From an uncultured Muribaculaceae bacterium (GTDB lineage: Bacteria; Bacillota_I; Bacilli_A; RF39; UBA660): DNA of 64,000 nucleotides. Below the pieces are notes generated by a model. It saw only the letters and a program-made list of their open reading frames with translations. It did not search any database and was not told the origin of the DNA. Location: assembly GCA_964425325.1 (NCBI GenBank), contig CAYRLX010000003.1, positions 30,855 through 94,854 on the forward strand. The letters are read 5' to 3'. A program made the position numbers and the translations under genes. Shown one piece after another: positions 18,007-28,114 of the stretch (its first letter is position 1; every line of letters starts with the position of its first letter).

Positions 18007-18882
18007 CTAATTACTCTCTTTTTCTTTGAATGGGTTTACGTGAAGCATAATATTTTGAATGCTATCATCTTTTTGTTTTATTTCATACTCTATGTTATCT
18101 ATGATTTCGTGAACATTTTTTAATGTCATTTTCTCATCCATACTAACTTCACAATCTATTTTTTTAAATGGTCCATATTTTAGTATTATAAGTGAATCTA
18201 TATTTTTTATTTCTTTATGATTATTAATTATTTTTTTTATTTTGTTTTTGTATTTTTTATTTAATATTTGTTTTCCTAGTAAATTACTTATATTTTCTTT
18301 TAATATTTCAAATGATATTTTTAGTACTAATATTCCTACTATTATCATAGCTATTTTATCCGAATATTTAAATATTGGATTTATATTTGTAAACTTTGAA
18401 AGCAGTACTGACACTAGTACAACAAATGAGCTAATTACATCTGATAGGCTTTCTTTTCCAGATGATATTAGGATATTACTATAATACTCTTTTCCTTTTT
18501 TTAAAATGTAGGCTGATAATATGAATTTAATTATAATTGTTAATAGGCTTATTAGTGATGTATATATATTTGGTATATTGGATGGTTTAGTTATTCCTTC
18601 ATTTATTATTTTTATTCCCATTATCCCTACTATTAGACCAATACCTAAGCATGTTAAATATTCGGCATTTCCATGACCAAATGGGTGCTCGGGGTCTGCT
18701 GGTTTTTTAGATAATGTGTTTCCTATTGATGCGAATATATCTGTGAGCATGTCACTTAATGAGTGAATTCCATCAGCTACTAGTGCTCCTGATTTACCTA
18801 ACAGACCAAAAACAATTTTAAATATACTTAAAAATATGTTTGTAAATAAGCTTTTTAGCATTACTTTATTTACTTTATCCAT
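18007..18882 (-). CDS. Cation diffusion facilitator (CDF) family transporter
   Basis: Six predicted TM helices with 'HSLSDMLTD' and 'HPFGHG' motifs, plus a C-terminal cytoplasmic domain. Confidence 0.8.
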   Translation of the reverse strand: MDKVNKVMLKSLFTNIFLSIFKIVFGLLGKSGALVADGIHSLSDMLTDIFASIGNTLSKKPADPEHPFGHGNAEYLTCLGIGLIVGIMGIKIINEGITKPSNIPNIYTSLISLLTIIIKFILSAYILKKGKEYYSNILISSGKESLSDVISSFVVLVSVLLSKFTNINPIFKYSDKIAMIIVGILVLKISFEILKENISNLLGKQILNKKYKNKIKKIINNHKEIKNIDSLIILKYGPFKKIDCEVSMDEKMTLKNVHEIIDNIEYEIKQKDDSIQNIMLHVNPFKEKESN

Positions 18883-18890
18883 TTTATCAC

Positions 18891-21461
18891 CTATTTTGCT
18901 TCATACCAGTTTTTACCGTAGCTTGCTGATACTTTAAGTGGTACTTTTAATTTATAAATATTATCCATTATATCTGGTATGATTTCTTTTATTTTTTCTA
19001 GTTCTCCTGTGTAAACATCAAAGACTAGTTCATCATGAACTTGTATGATCATTTTTGTTTTTAAATTATTTTCTTTTAATTTTTTATATACTTCTACCAT
19101 GGCTAGTTTTATTATGTCAGCTGCTGTTCCTTGGACTGGTGTATTAAGGGCAATTCTCTCACCCATTTGTCTTATCATATATGCTGGATTATTTAGTTCT
19201 GGTATGTTTCTTTTTCTATTGAACATAGTCTTTACGTAACCTTTTTCTTTAGCTTCTTTTATGGTTTTTTCCATATAATCTTTTATACCTGGATATGCGT
19301 CGAAGTAGCTATCAATAAATTTACTAGCTTCTTTTGGTGTAATTCCTACGTTTTCTGCTAGTCCAAATGGGCTTATTCCATATATTATTCCAAAGTTAAC
19401 TGCTTTTGAAACTCTTCTCATATTAGGTGTTACTTCATCTTCTTTTACTTTAAATATATCTGATGCGGTTTTAGAGTGTATGTCTTTTCCTTCGATAAAT
19501 GCGTTTTGAAGTGATTTTACATCTGCCATATGTGCGAGTACTCTAAGCTCTATTTGTGAATAGTCTGCTCCGTATATAGTATCATATGTTGGAATAAAAG
19601 CTTTTCTTATGGATCTACCTAGTTCATCTCTTATAGGTATATTTTGCAGGTTTGGTTCTACTGATGATAGTCTTCCTGTTCTTGTTAGGTTTTGGGTATA
19701 TATAGTATGCACTCTTCCGTCTTGAACAGTATTTATCAGTCCTTCTATATATGTAGAATATAGTTTAGTAAGTTTTCTATATTCTATTATTTTTTCTATG
19801 ATTGGATGTTTTCCTTTTAACTTATTAAGTACATCTATAGCTGTTGATTTATTATTTTTTTTATGTGGAAGATTTAATTTTTCAAATAGGATTTCTCCTA
19901 GTTGTTTAGGGGATGATATATTGAATTCTATACCTGCTATTTCATGTATTTCTTTTGTAATTTCTTCTATTTTTATTTTTATATTTTCTCCCATCTCTTT
20001 TAATACATTAATGTCTAATTTAACTCCTGTAAATTCCATGTCTGCAAGTACTGTAGCAAGTGGCATTTCTATTTCGTTAAATAGGTACTCTATTTCTTCT
20101 TCTTTTATTTTTTTATTTAAATAATCTTTTGTTTCCCAGATAAATCTTGCTTTTTCTATTGTGGTTTTGGCAATTATACTTTCGTCTGGCTCTAGTAAGT
20201 GATTTATCTTACCATATGTGTCTTCATAAAATGGTAATTTTTCATCTAATTCGTTTGCAAGATATGCGATATCATCTTTTATATTGTAGTCTAAGAGTGA
20301 TGATGCAATCATAGTATCAAAGGTTACGTTATCTATTTTTATGTCTTGATAATCTAAAGCTACTATTGTTTTCTTTAAATCATATGTAAATTTATTATTT
20401 TTTATTAGAAATTTTGGATTTTGTTTTAGTATTTCTAGTGGAATATACATAGATGCATTTTCATTATATACTCCCATTCCAAGTACTTTGGCTTTATGGT
20501 AATTTGTTCCGAGTATTTCTAAGTATATGGCTGCATCTCCTTCTATTTCAATTTCGTCTACGCTTTTAATTATTTTTACTTCTATTTCTTTTTTTTCTTT
20601 TTTTGGCTTCTTTTTTAGGAATGAATAGAATTCTAGATCTTCATATATTTTATTTAATTCATCTGTGTTTTCTCCAATGTATTTTGTGTCTTCTAGACCT
20701 ATTTCCATTTCTACGTCTTTTATAATAGTAGCTAGGTGGTAACTATTATAGGCATTATCTTTATCTATTTCTAATTTTTCTTTTAGTTTGCCTTTTATAT
20801 TATCTATATTTTCGTATATTCCATCTAGTGTTTTATAGTCGTGAAGGAGCTTTAGGGCTGTTTTTTCTCCTACTCCTTTTACTCCTGGAATATTATCTGA
20901 TGGGTCTCCCATTAGGGCTTTTAGATCTATTATGTTAATAGGATCTATTCCCCACTCCTCTTTAAACGATTCTTCATTATATCTAATATAATCTTTTTGT
21001 TTTAAAAGTTTTATATCTACGTCTTTTGAAATTAATTGTAGAAGGTCTTTATCACTACTTATAATTGTTCCAATGAAATCTTCTTCTTCGTCACAGTATT
21101 TTGCGAATGTTCCGATGATATCATCTGCTTCAAAATTATCTATTTCATAATATTTTATTCCCATTGCGGTTAATATTTGTTTGGCAACTGGAAACTGCAT
21201 TTTTAGTTCTTTTGGTGTTTCTGTTCTACCGTCTTTGTATCCTTCGTATTCTTCGTGTCTAAATGTTTTTCCTTTATCGAAGGCAACTATTATATATTCT
21301 GGATTTTCTTCTTTTATTATTTTATTCATCATATTTACAAATCCAAATATGGCATTTGTTGGAAATCCTTTAGAGTTATTCATAAAGTTTCCATTATAAG
21401 CTGTTGCATAATAGCTTCTAAAAAGTAGGTTATTTCCATCTACTAGTATTATTTTTTTCAT
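18891..21461 (-). CDS. polA: DNA polymerase I
   Basis: 5'-nuclease domain ('ILVDGNNLLFRSYYA', 'GVKGVGEKTA') and family A polymerase motifs ('DYSQIELRVLAH', 'RRVSKAVNFGIIYG', 'QVHDELVF'). AAGGTGATAC RBS before the ATG at 21461. Confidence 0.95.
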   Translation of the reverse strand: MKKIILVDGNNLLFRSYYATAYNGNFMNNSKGFPTNAIFGFVNMMNKIIKEENPEYIIVAFDKGKTFRHEEYEGYKDGRTETPKELKMQFPVAKQILTAMGIKYYEIDNFEADDIIGTFAKYCDEEEDFIGTIISSDKDLLQLISKDVDIKLLKQKDYIRYNEESFKEEWGIDPINIIDLKALMGDPSDNIPGVKGVGEKTALKLLHDYKTLDGIYENIDNIKGKLKEKLEIDKDNAYNSYHLATIIKDVEMEIGLEDTKYIGENTDELNKIYEDLEFYSFLKKKPKKEKKEIEVKIIKSVDEIEIEGDAAIYLEILGTNYHKAKVLGMGVYNENASMYIPLEILKQNPKFLIKNNKFTYDLKKTIVALDYQDIKIDNVTFDTMIASSLLDYNIKDDIAYLANELDEKLPFYEDTYGKINHLLEPDESIIAKTTIEKARFIWETKDYLNKKIKEEEIEYLFNEIEMPLATVLADMEFTGVKLDINVLKEMGENIKIKIEEITKEIHEIAGIEFNISSPKQLGEILFEKLNLPHKKNNKSTAIDVLNKLKGKHPIIEKIIEYRKLTKLYSTYIEGLINTVQDGRVHTIYTQNLTRTGRLSSVEPNLQNIPIRDELGRSIRKAFIPTYDTIYGADYSQIELRVLAHMADVKSLQNAFIEGKDIHSKTASDIFKVKEDEVTPNMRRVSKAVNFGIIYGISPFGLAENVGITPKEASKFIDSYFDAYPGIKDYMEKTIKEAKEKGYVKTMFNRKRNIPELNNPAYMIRQMGERIALNTPVQGTAADIIKLAMVEVYKKLKENNLKTKMIIQVHDELVFDVYTGELEKIKEIIPDIMDNIYKLKVPLKVSASYGKNWYEAK

Positions 21462-21511
21462 ATGTATCACCTTTTTAATTATAGAAAAAAATAAAAAGAA
21501 AAACAACTCTT

Positions 21512-22657
21512 TTAGAGCTGCTTTGAGATATATTTTTGAAGGTTAATACTTTTTATTTTTTCTTTTTCTATATCTAATAAATCACTATTGATAGCTAAAT
21601 CCATATCCGGTGTATCTTTTGCTAATTCAAAACCAGTTAATCCATTATTTACTAGGATTCCTTTTTCTATTAGTGGATATATATAATTCTGTGCTAAATA
21701 TTCAGGTGATTTGTAAACGTTATATGCATTATATTTTATAGATAAGTCAAATATAGACAATTCTTCTTTTAATGATAGTAGATATTCTAAAATTTGAGAT
21801 TCTGCGCCAGTTATTTCTTCATCTGCATTTTCTTTTATGTTATTAATAATTATTTCTTTTTCAAATTCTTTTAGTACTTCTTTAAGCATGTATCTTAAAA
21901 ATAAAGTAATATCTCCTCTTCTTCTTACTTCATTTAATTTATGGGTATATTTCATTTTATTTAATGAAATTGCTCTATTGAATATTATATATGGATAAGA
22001 TTTTGTATTAATAAGATGCCACATTGAAACTGTTCTTGCGGTCCTTCCATTTACATCAAAGTAAGGATGTATATATACAAAGTAAAAATGCATTATTTGT
22101 GATTTAATAAAATTATCCATTTCAGTTTCTGCTTCATAATTATCAATGAATTCAAATAATTTATCCATATGGTAATTTACTTTATCAAATGGCATTCCTT
22201 TAATAAAGTTTAAGCCTGGCCCGCCCATTAATATGTATACTGGTCCATTTCTATAATAATCTCCCATGTCTTTTAATGATTGCTCACTTAATAATCCTTC
22301 ACTTAAAATAGCATATAATTCTTTTAAACTATCTTTATTGATATTGTCATGACTTAAAATGTATCTATATCCTCTATGTAAGTTTATTATTCTTTCTTTA
22401 TTTTCCCAAGGTATGTCTTTTTCATTTCTTATTACTCTTTCTATTTCTTCTATATCATCTGTAATTCCTTCTATGCTGTTATTTGCTTTAAGTTCTTTAT
22501 ATTCTAAGGAGCTTTTAGCAAATTCTAATGTATTCATACTAGGTGTTTCTTCTAAAAGATTATCTATTCTTTTTATATATTTTTGAAGGAGTATTTGATT
22601 ATAATAAATTCTTTTGTGTGTTTCTAGTCTTAATGGTACTCTTTTAAATGTGTCCAT
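21512..22657 (-). CDS. Fic/DOC family protein with a C-terminal wHTH-like region
   Basis: Fic motif 'HPYFDVNGRTAR' (consensus HPFxxGNGRxxR; here Gly to Val). An N-terminal 'NNSIEGI' resembles the inhibitory-helix xxxEG motif. Confidence 0.85.
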   Translation of the reverse strand: MDTFKRVPLRLETHKRIYYNQILLQKYIKRIDNLLEETPSMNTLEFAKSSLEYKELKANNSIEGITDDIEEIERVIRNEKDIPWENKERIINLHRGYRYILSHDNINKDSLKELYAILSEGLLSEQSLKDMGDYYRNGPVYILMGGPGLNFIKGMPFDKVNYHMDKLFEFIDNYEAETEMDNFIKSQIMHFYFVYIHPYFDVNGRTARTVSMWHLINTKSYPYIIFNRAISLNKMKYTHKLNEVRRRGDITLFLRYMLKEVLKEFEKEIIINNIKENADEEITGAESQILEYLLSLKEELSIFDLSIKYNAYNVYKSPEYLAQNYIYPLIEKGILVNNGLTGFELAKDTPDMDLAINSDLLDIEKEKIKSINLQKYISKQL

Positions 22658-22727
22658 AATATCACTTCCGGCGCTTTATTATAGTACTTTTAATTAATTT
22701 GGTCAATTTTATATATAAAAAGAAGCT

Positions 22728-23453
22728 TTATCTTTTTTTAGCTTCTTTTACTAATTTTTTAAATAGTTGTAGGTTTTGAGATTCTAATTCTGGGTGGAAC
22801 TGAACTCCTATCATGAAATGATTAGGATCTAATCCTTCTATAGCCTCTATGGTTCCGTCTTCTGCTTTTCCAACTACTTTAAATAGTTTACTATTATCAA
22901 ATGTGTCGTTTTTTGCGACAAATGTGTGAAGTGATGGTTCACTTATAGTATTTATTTTATATATTTCATATAATCTACTATCTTTATCTATATTAATATT
23001 GTGTTTTGATTTTTCTATTTGTGACAAGTAAAATGGATCTAAATAATTATGTCCTTCTCTTTTTTCTAGAAAGAAGTCTTCATATTCTGGTTTGAAGAAA
23101 TTTTCTATTTCATTGTATGTTGTATTTCCTAGTTCATTATATACCCAGTTATATCCTGCCATTGTTTGCATGCCTAGACATATTCCTACAATCGGCTTTT
23201 GTTTATCAATTGCATATTTTATGGTATTAATTTGTGGACTTTCTATAATAGGACCTCCTTGAAGGACATAACCATCACACAAATCCATTTGGTCTATTTC
23301 AAATTTTCCATTCGGGAACACTAGTCCAATTGGAATACCTCCAGCTTCTATTATTCTTTTAGGATATGTATTTATAAATTTTGTATAGTTATCAAATGGA
23401 CTATCTTCTTTTATAGCCCTTGGTGAAATCATTCCAATAATAGGTTTTTCCAT
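22728..23453 (-). CDS. Class I glutamine amidotransferase-like / peptidase C26 (gamma-glutamyl hydrolase family)
   Basis: 'IVGICLGMQ' nucleophile elbow and 'GVQFHPE' His-Glu motif. Confidence 0.8.
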   Translation of the reverse strand: MEKPIIGMISPRAIKEDSPFDNYTKFINTYPKRIIEAGGIPIGLVFPNGKFEIDQMDLCDGYVLQGGPIIESPQINTIKYAIDKQKPIVGICLGMQTMAGYNWVYNELGNTTYNEIENFFKPEYEDFFLEKREGHNYLDPFYLSQIEKSKHNINIDKDSRLYEIYKINTISEPSLHTFVAKNDTFDNSKLFKVVGKAEDGTIEAIEGLDPNHFMIGVQFHPELESQNLQLFKKLVKEAKKR

Positions 23454-23545
23454 GCTTATTCCTCTTTTCTTTGATTTATTATATCATTTAACTTTGTTTT
23501 GTCAATTAAATTATATTTAAAAGAAACTAGAATTATATCTAGTTT

Positions 23546-26500
23546 CTAAAATAAACTTAGCTGACTTGATTCATCCATTCCATCAAGTATTCCCATAGCT
23601 CTCATTTTTTCTATTAGGGTTGCAGATATTTTAGCTCTTTTTTGCAAATCTTCAATACTTATGTAATTTCTTTTTTCTCTTTCTTCAACTATTTTTTTTG
23701 CTACTACTGTTCCTAGCCCATCAATTGCTCTAAAAGGTGGGATTAGTGAGTGGTTATCTTCATCTATTACGAAGTTACTATAATGTGATTTATAAAGATT
23801 AATTGGTTTAAATGTATATCCTCTAGCTAAAGCTTCTAAGGCTACTTTTAAACATTCTAGAATTGATGACTCTTTATTTGATGCATCAAATCCTTTTTCT
23901 TGTATTTCTATTATTCTAGCTTTTACGGCTTCATATCCTTTTATCATGGCTTCTATGTCGAAATCATCATACTCTACTGAAAACTGGGCTGCATAATATA
24001 CTTCTGGCTTATGCACTTTATAGTATGCTAGTCTGAAAGCATTTACTACGTAAGCTACAGCGTGGGCTTTTGGGAACATGTATTTTATTTTGGCACATGA
24101 GTCTATAAACCATTTTTCTATGTTTGCCTCTTCCATTATTTTTACGTAATCTTGCCATAAGTCTGGTTGTTTACTTGCTCTTCCTTTACGTACAAATTCC
24201 ATTATTTTAAAAGCGTCTATTGGTTTTAGTCCATGATACATTAGATATACCATTATATCATCACGGCACCCTATTACTTCTGAAAATGGTACTACTCCAT
24301 TATCTATTAGGTCTTTAGCATTTCCATTCCATACATCGGTTCCATGTGATAAACCTGATATTTTAACTAATTCGGCGAATGTTTTTGGTTTTGTTTCTCT
24401 TACTAACTGTAGGGTGAAAGGTGTTCCAAACTCCGGAATTCCTAGGCTTCCTGTATCATTCATTATTTGGTCTTTTGTTACTCCTAGTGGTTTTGGAGAT
24501 AAGAATATTCCCATTGTTTCTTTATCGTCTAATGGAACTTTTGTTATATCGTCTCCTGTTATATCTTGTACAAGTCTTAGTTTTGTTGGACCTGAGTGAC
24601 CTAAAATATCTAGTTTTAATACGTCTTGGTCTATAGCGTGGTAGTCGAAATGTGTTGTTCTCCAAGCTGAGTTTACATCGTCTGCTGGATACTGAAATGG
24701 TGTAAAGTCAAATACGTCCATATATCCTGGTATAACTACTATTCCTCCTGGGTGCTGGCCGGTTGTTCTTTTTACTCCTGTGCATCCTTTAGCTAATCTT
24801 TCCACTTCAGCTGTTCTCATATATATTCCTTTATCTTCACAGTATCCTTTTACGTATCCAAAGGCTGTCTTATCAGCTACTGTTCCAATTGTTCCTGCTC
24901 TATATACGTTATCTACTCCGAATAGTACTTTTGTGTATTCATGAGCTGCTGCTTGGTTTAGATCTGAGAAATTTAAGTCTATATCTGGTACTTTATCGGC
25001 GTGAAATCCTAGGAAGGTTGCGAATGGCATGTCTTGTCCATCTTTGTTCATCTTTTCACCGCATTTAGGACAGTTCATGTCTGGCAAATCGTATCCACTT
25101 CCGTAGTCACTACCTAGGCTTTTTCCATTAAGTTCAAATATAGAATGTTTACATTTTGGACATACGTAGTGTGGTGGTAGTGAGTTTACTTCTGTAATTC
25201 CCATCATTGTTGCAACTAGTGATGATCCTACTGATCCTCTACTTCCTACAAGATATCCATCATCGTTAGATTTTTTAACTAATTTTTGAGAAATTAAGTA
25301 TATTACATCAAAGTGAGCTCCTATTATTCCTGTAAGTTTATCTTCTACTTTTTTATCTATATCTTCTTCATTTGGATTTTGCCTTAATATGTCCTTTTTT
25401 ATTACTTCTTTTACTTTATCAAGTCCACCTACCATTGTTTTGTGAAGTTCTTCATATATTTTTTTAGTATATTCTTCTTCTGTTAAATTTTCTAATTTAA
25501 CTTCATTTTTTATTGCATTAAACGGTTCATCTCCATATAGTTCTGTAGCTAGGCGCTCTTCTATGTTGTATGGTAGCGGTGAGCCATATATGTCCTGTGC
25601 TTTTGTATATACTAGATCTAGAGTTGTTTCTGTACAGTTTTCTATTTTAGGGGCGAATGGTATACCACCTGTATCTATTATTACTTCGATTATTTCTACC
25701 ATATCAGCTATCATATTTGTGTTTTTAACAACTATTTCTTCTGCTTCTTCTTCTGGTAGGAATGAAAATTCTTCTAGCATTTCATCTGTTGTTCTTAGGT
25801 ACTGAGATGGAATTTGGGTGATATTTTTTCTAGCTAATGGGTGTCTTCCACCACCTGGTACTTTTTGATTTACGATTATTTCTCTATATATTCTATCTTC
25901 TGGTTCTATTTGGTGTACATCTCCTGTAGCTACTATTTTTTTTCCTGATTCTTTGGTAACTCTTATTATTTTTTTTATGTGTTTTATTAATTCTGCTTTG
26001 TTTGCAAAGTCTCCCATTTGAATTAGGTGGTCATATACTGCTGGGGGCTGTACTTCTACGTAGTCATAGAAGTTAATTAGGTTTGCTAGTTCTTCATCTG
26101 ATTTACTTCTTGCTAGTTTAAATATTTCACTTTCATAACAGCCACTTCCTATTAATAAGCCTTCTCTATGCTTTTCTACTTCACTTCTTAGTATTCTTGG
26201 TGTTTTATATAGATATTTTGTATTAGCAAGTGAAATTAATTTAAACATATTTTTAAGTCCTATTTTGTTTTTAGCAATTATATTTATATGATGTGAAGCT
26301 CCATATTTATGTATTTCGTCTTTTGAAACTAGTTTATCTAAGTCTTTTATTGTTTTGAAATTTCTAGATACTAATTTTTGTAACATTTTATGAAATACTA
26401 AGGCTGTTCCTTCTGCATCGTAATCTCCTCTATGGTGGGCTGTTTCATCCCATGGAACGTCATATCTTTTTACTAGGGCTGATAGAGAATGTCTAGCAAA

Positions 26501-28069
26501 ACCTGTGTCTAGAGCTCTCGATAATTCTAAGGTATCTATTACTGTATTTGTAAATTCTCCCAAGTTATATTTAGTGTGGGCCATTACGATAAATGATACG
26601 TCGAATTTGGCATTATGGGCAACCATTGGAAGGTCTTTTGTCCACTCTTTGAATTTTTTTACAGAGGTTTCTTCATCTGGTTTTCCTTTTAACATGTCGT
26701 CGGTTATATTTGTAAGTTCGGTTATTTTTTGTGGAAGTTTTCTCTTCGGATCAATTAGTTCGTCAAATCTATCTATTATTTCTCCATTTTTTATTTTTAC
26801 CGCACCTATTTCTATTATTTGATCCGCTCCTCCGGCATTGAAACCTGTAGTTTCTAGGTCAAATACTACATATGTCTGTGACATTAAGTCTTCTTCTTTT
26901 GGTCTTAGAACTATGTCTACTGTATCATCTATTAGTGTAAGTTCTGTTCCATATAGTGCTTTAAATTTATCTTTCTCTTCTTTTCCTTTATTGTAGTTTG
27001 TTACTAGGTTAAATACATGTGGGAATGCTTGGCAACCATTATGATCTGTTATAGCTATGGCTTTATGTCCAAAACTCATAGCTCTTTTTACTAGTTCTTC
27101 TTCTCCTGCTACTCCATCCATTTGACTCATTTTAGTGTGGGCATGTAGTTCTACTCTTTTTTCTTCGGCAAGATCTTCTCTTTTATCTTCTTCTACTTCT
27201 ATGTAGTTTAAATCTCTAACATTTAAAACTATTTCGTTATTTGAGAATCTGTCTGCCTTTGTATATCCTCTAATTAGGTACCAATTACCAGATTTTATTC
27301 TTTTTAGATATTTTGCATATTCTTTATCGTCTTTGGTAAATATTTTTGCATACATACTGTCTGTTTTATCGGTTAATTTAAGTGTTATTATTTTGAAGTT
27401 ACTTTTGCTTGATTCAAAGGTGTCAATTCCAAATATTTTAGCTTTTACTGTGACTGAGTCCATTTCGAAGGTTATGTTATTGATTGGTGTTACTTCTGTT
27501 TTAATCTCATCACCTATAATAATAGGGCTTTCTATTTTTTTTGTTGCTTTTGGTATAACTTTTATTTTTTCTATTTCTTCTCTTATTTCTTCAGCTTTTT
27601 CTTCATTTATTTTGGTTTCTATTTTTATTTGAAATCCTGAATTATTTAAATCTTTTTCTAATTGTTTTATAATGCTTTCTAGTTTCATTTCTTCGGCTTT
27701 ATTTATTATTTCTATATATAGTGTATTTTCTTCTAGGGTTAATTTACTGTCAATAAATTCTTTTAGTAATGGGGCTTCTTTACTGTATTTTTCTATATAA
27801 TATTTATAATATTCTATTATGTTTTCTACTTTAATATTTTCTGCTTTTAGTATTGAAGAAACTTTTGCTTTATTATATTTTTCTTTTAATTTTTGATTAA
27901 AAATAAGGTATGTTTTTAATGGTAGTACATTTTTGATGGTTATACAAAATGCGTACTTATCCTTATTTTTATTGCAAATAATTTTATCTAGTGAGGCTTC
28001 ATTAAAATACTTTTTTTCTTCTTCATCTATGTTTATTTGTTTTAGTAGTAGTTCTATTTTATTATGCAT
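23546..28069 (-). CDS. polC: DNA polymerase III PolC-type (Gram-positive replicative polymerase)
   Basis: About 1507 aa with a PHP domain ('VELHAHTKMSQMDG'), an inserted DEDDh exonuclease ('YVVFDLETTGF', 'AHNAKFDVSF'), zinc-finger Cys pairs and a pol III alpha core. AAGGTGA RBS before the ATG at 28069. Confidence 0.97.
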   Translation of the reverse strand: MHNKIELLLKQINIDEEEKKYFNEASLDKIICNKNKDKYAFCITIKNVLPLKTYLIFNQKLKEKYNKAKVSSILKAENIKVENIIEYYKYYIEKYSKEAPLLKEFIDSKLTLEENTLYIEIINKAEEMKLESIIKQLEKDLNNSGFQIKIETKINEEKAEEIREEIEKIKVIPKATKKIESPIIIGDEIKTEVTPINNITFEMDSVTVKAKIFGIDTFESSKSNFKIITLKLTDKTDSMYAKIFTKDDKEYAKYLKRIKSGNWYLIRGYTKADRFSNNEIVLNVRDLNYIEVEEDKREDLAEEKRVELHAHTKMSQMDGVAGEEELVKRAMSFGHKAIAITDHNGCQAFPHVFNLVTNYNKGKEEKDKFKALYGTELTLIDDTVDIVLRPKEEDLMSQTYVVFDLETTGFNAGGADQIIEIGAVKIKNGEIIDRFDELIDPKRKLPQKITELTNITDDMLKGKPDEETSVKKFKEWTKDLPMVAHNAKFDVSFIVMAHTKYNLGEFTNTVIDTLELSRALDTGFARHSLSALVKRYDVPWDETAHHRGDYDAEGTALVFHKMLQKLVSRNFKTIKDLDKLVSKDEIHKYGASHHINIIAKNKIGLKNMFKLISLANTKYLYKTPRILRSEVEKHREGLLIGSGCYESEIFKLARSKSDEELANLINFYDYVEVQPPAVYDHLIQMGDFANKAELIKHIKKIIRVTKESGKKIVATGDVHQIEPEDRIYREIIVNQKVPGGGRHPLARKNITQIPSQYLRTTDEMLEEFSFLPEEEAEEIVVKNTNMIADMVEIIEVIIDTGGIPFAPKIENCTETTLDLVYTKAQDIYGSPLPYNIEERLATELYGDEPFNAIKNEVKLENLTEEEYTKKIYEELHKTMVGGLDKVKEVIKKDILRQNPNEEDIDKKVEDKLTGIIGAHFDVIYLISQKLVKKSNDDGYLVGSRGSVGSSLVATMMGITEVNSLPPHYVCPKCKHSIFELNGKSLGSDYGSGYDLPDMNCPKCGEKMNKDGQDMPFATFLGFHADKVPDIDLNFSDLNQAAAHEYTKVLFGVDNVYRAGTIGTVADKTAFGYVKGYCEDKGIYMRTAEVERLAKGCTGVKRTTGQHPGGIVVIPGYMDVFDFTPFQYPADDVNSAWRTTHFDYHAIDQDVLKLDILGHSGPTKLRLVQDITGDDITKVPLDDKETMGIFLSPKPLGVTKDQIMNDTGSLGIPEFGTPFTLQLVRETKPKTFAELVKISGLSHGTDVWNGNAKDLIDNGVVPFSEVIGCRDDIMVYLMYHGLKPIDAFKIMEFVRKGRASKQPDLWQDYVKIMEEANIEKWFIDSCAKIKYMFPKAHAVAYVVNAFRLAYYKVHKPEVYYAAQFSVEYDDFDIEAMIKGYEAVKARIIEIQEKGFDASNKESSILECLKVALEALARGYTFKPINLYKSHYSNFVIDEDNHSLIPPFRAIDGLGTVVAKKIVEEREKRNYISIEDLQKRAKISATLIEKMRAMGILDGMDESSQLSLF

Positions 28070-28114
28070 GTTTATCACCTTTAATTATTATATCACATTA
28101 TAAAAGAAGTCTTG

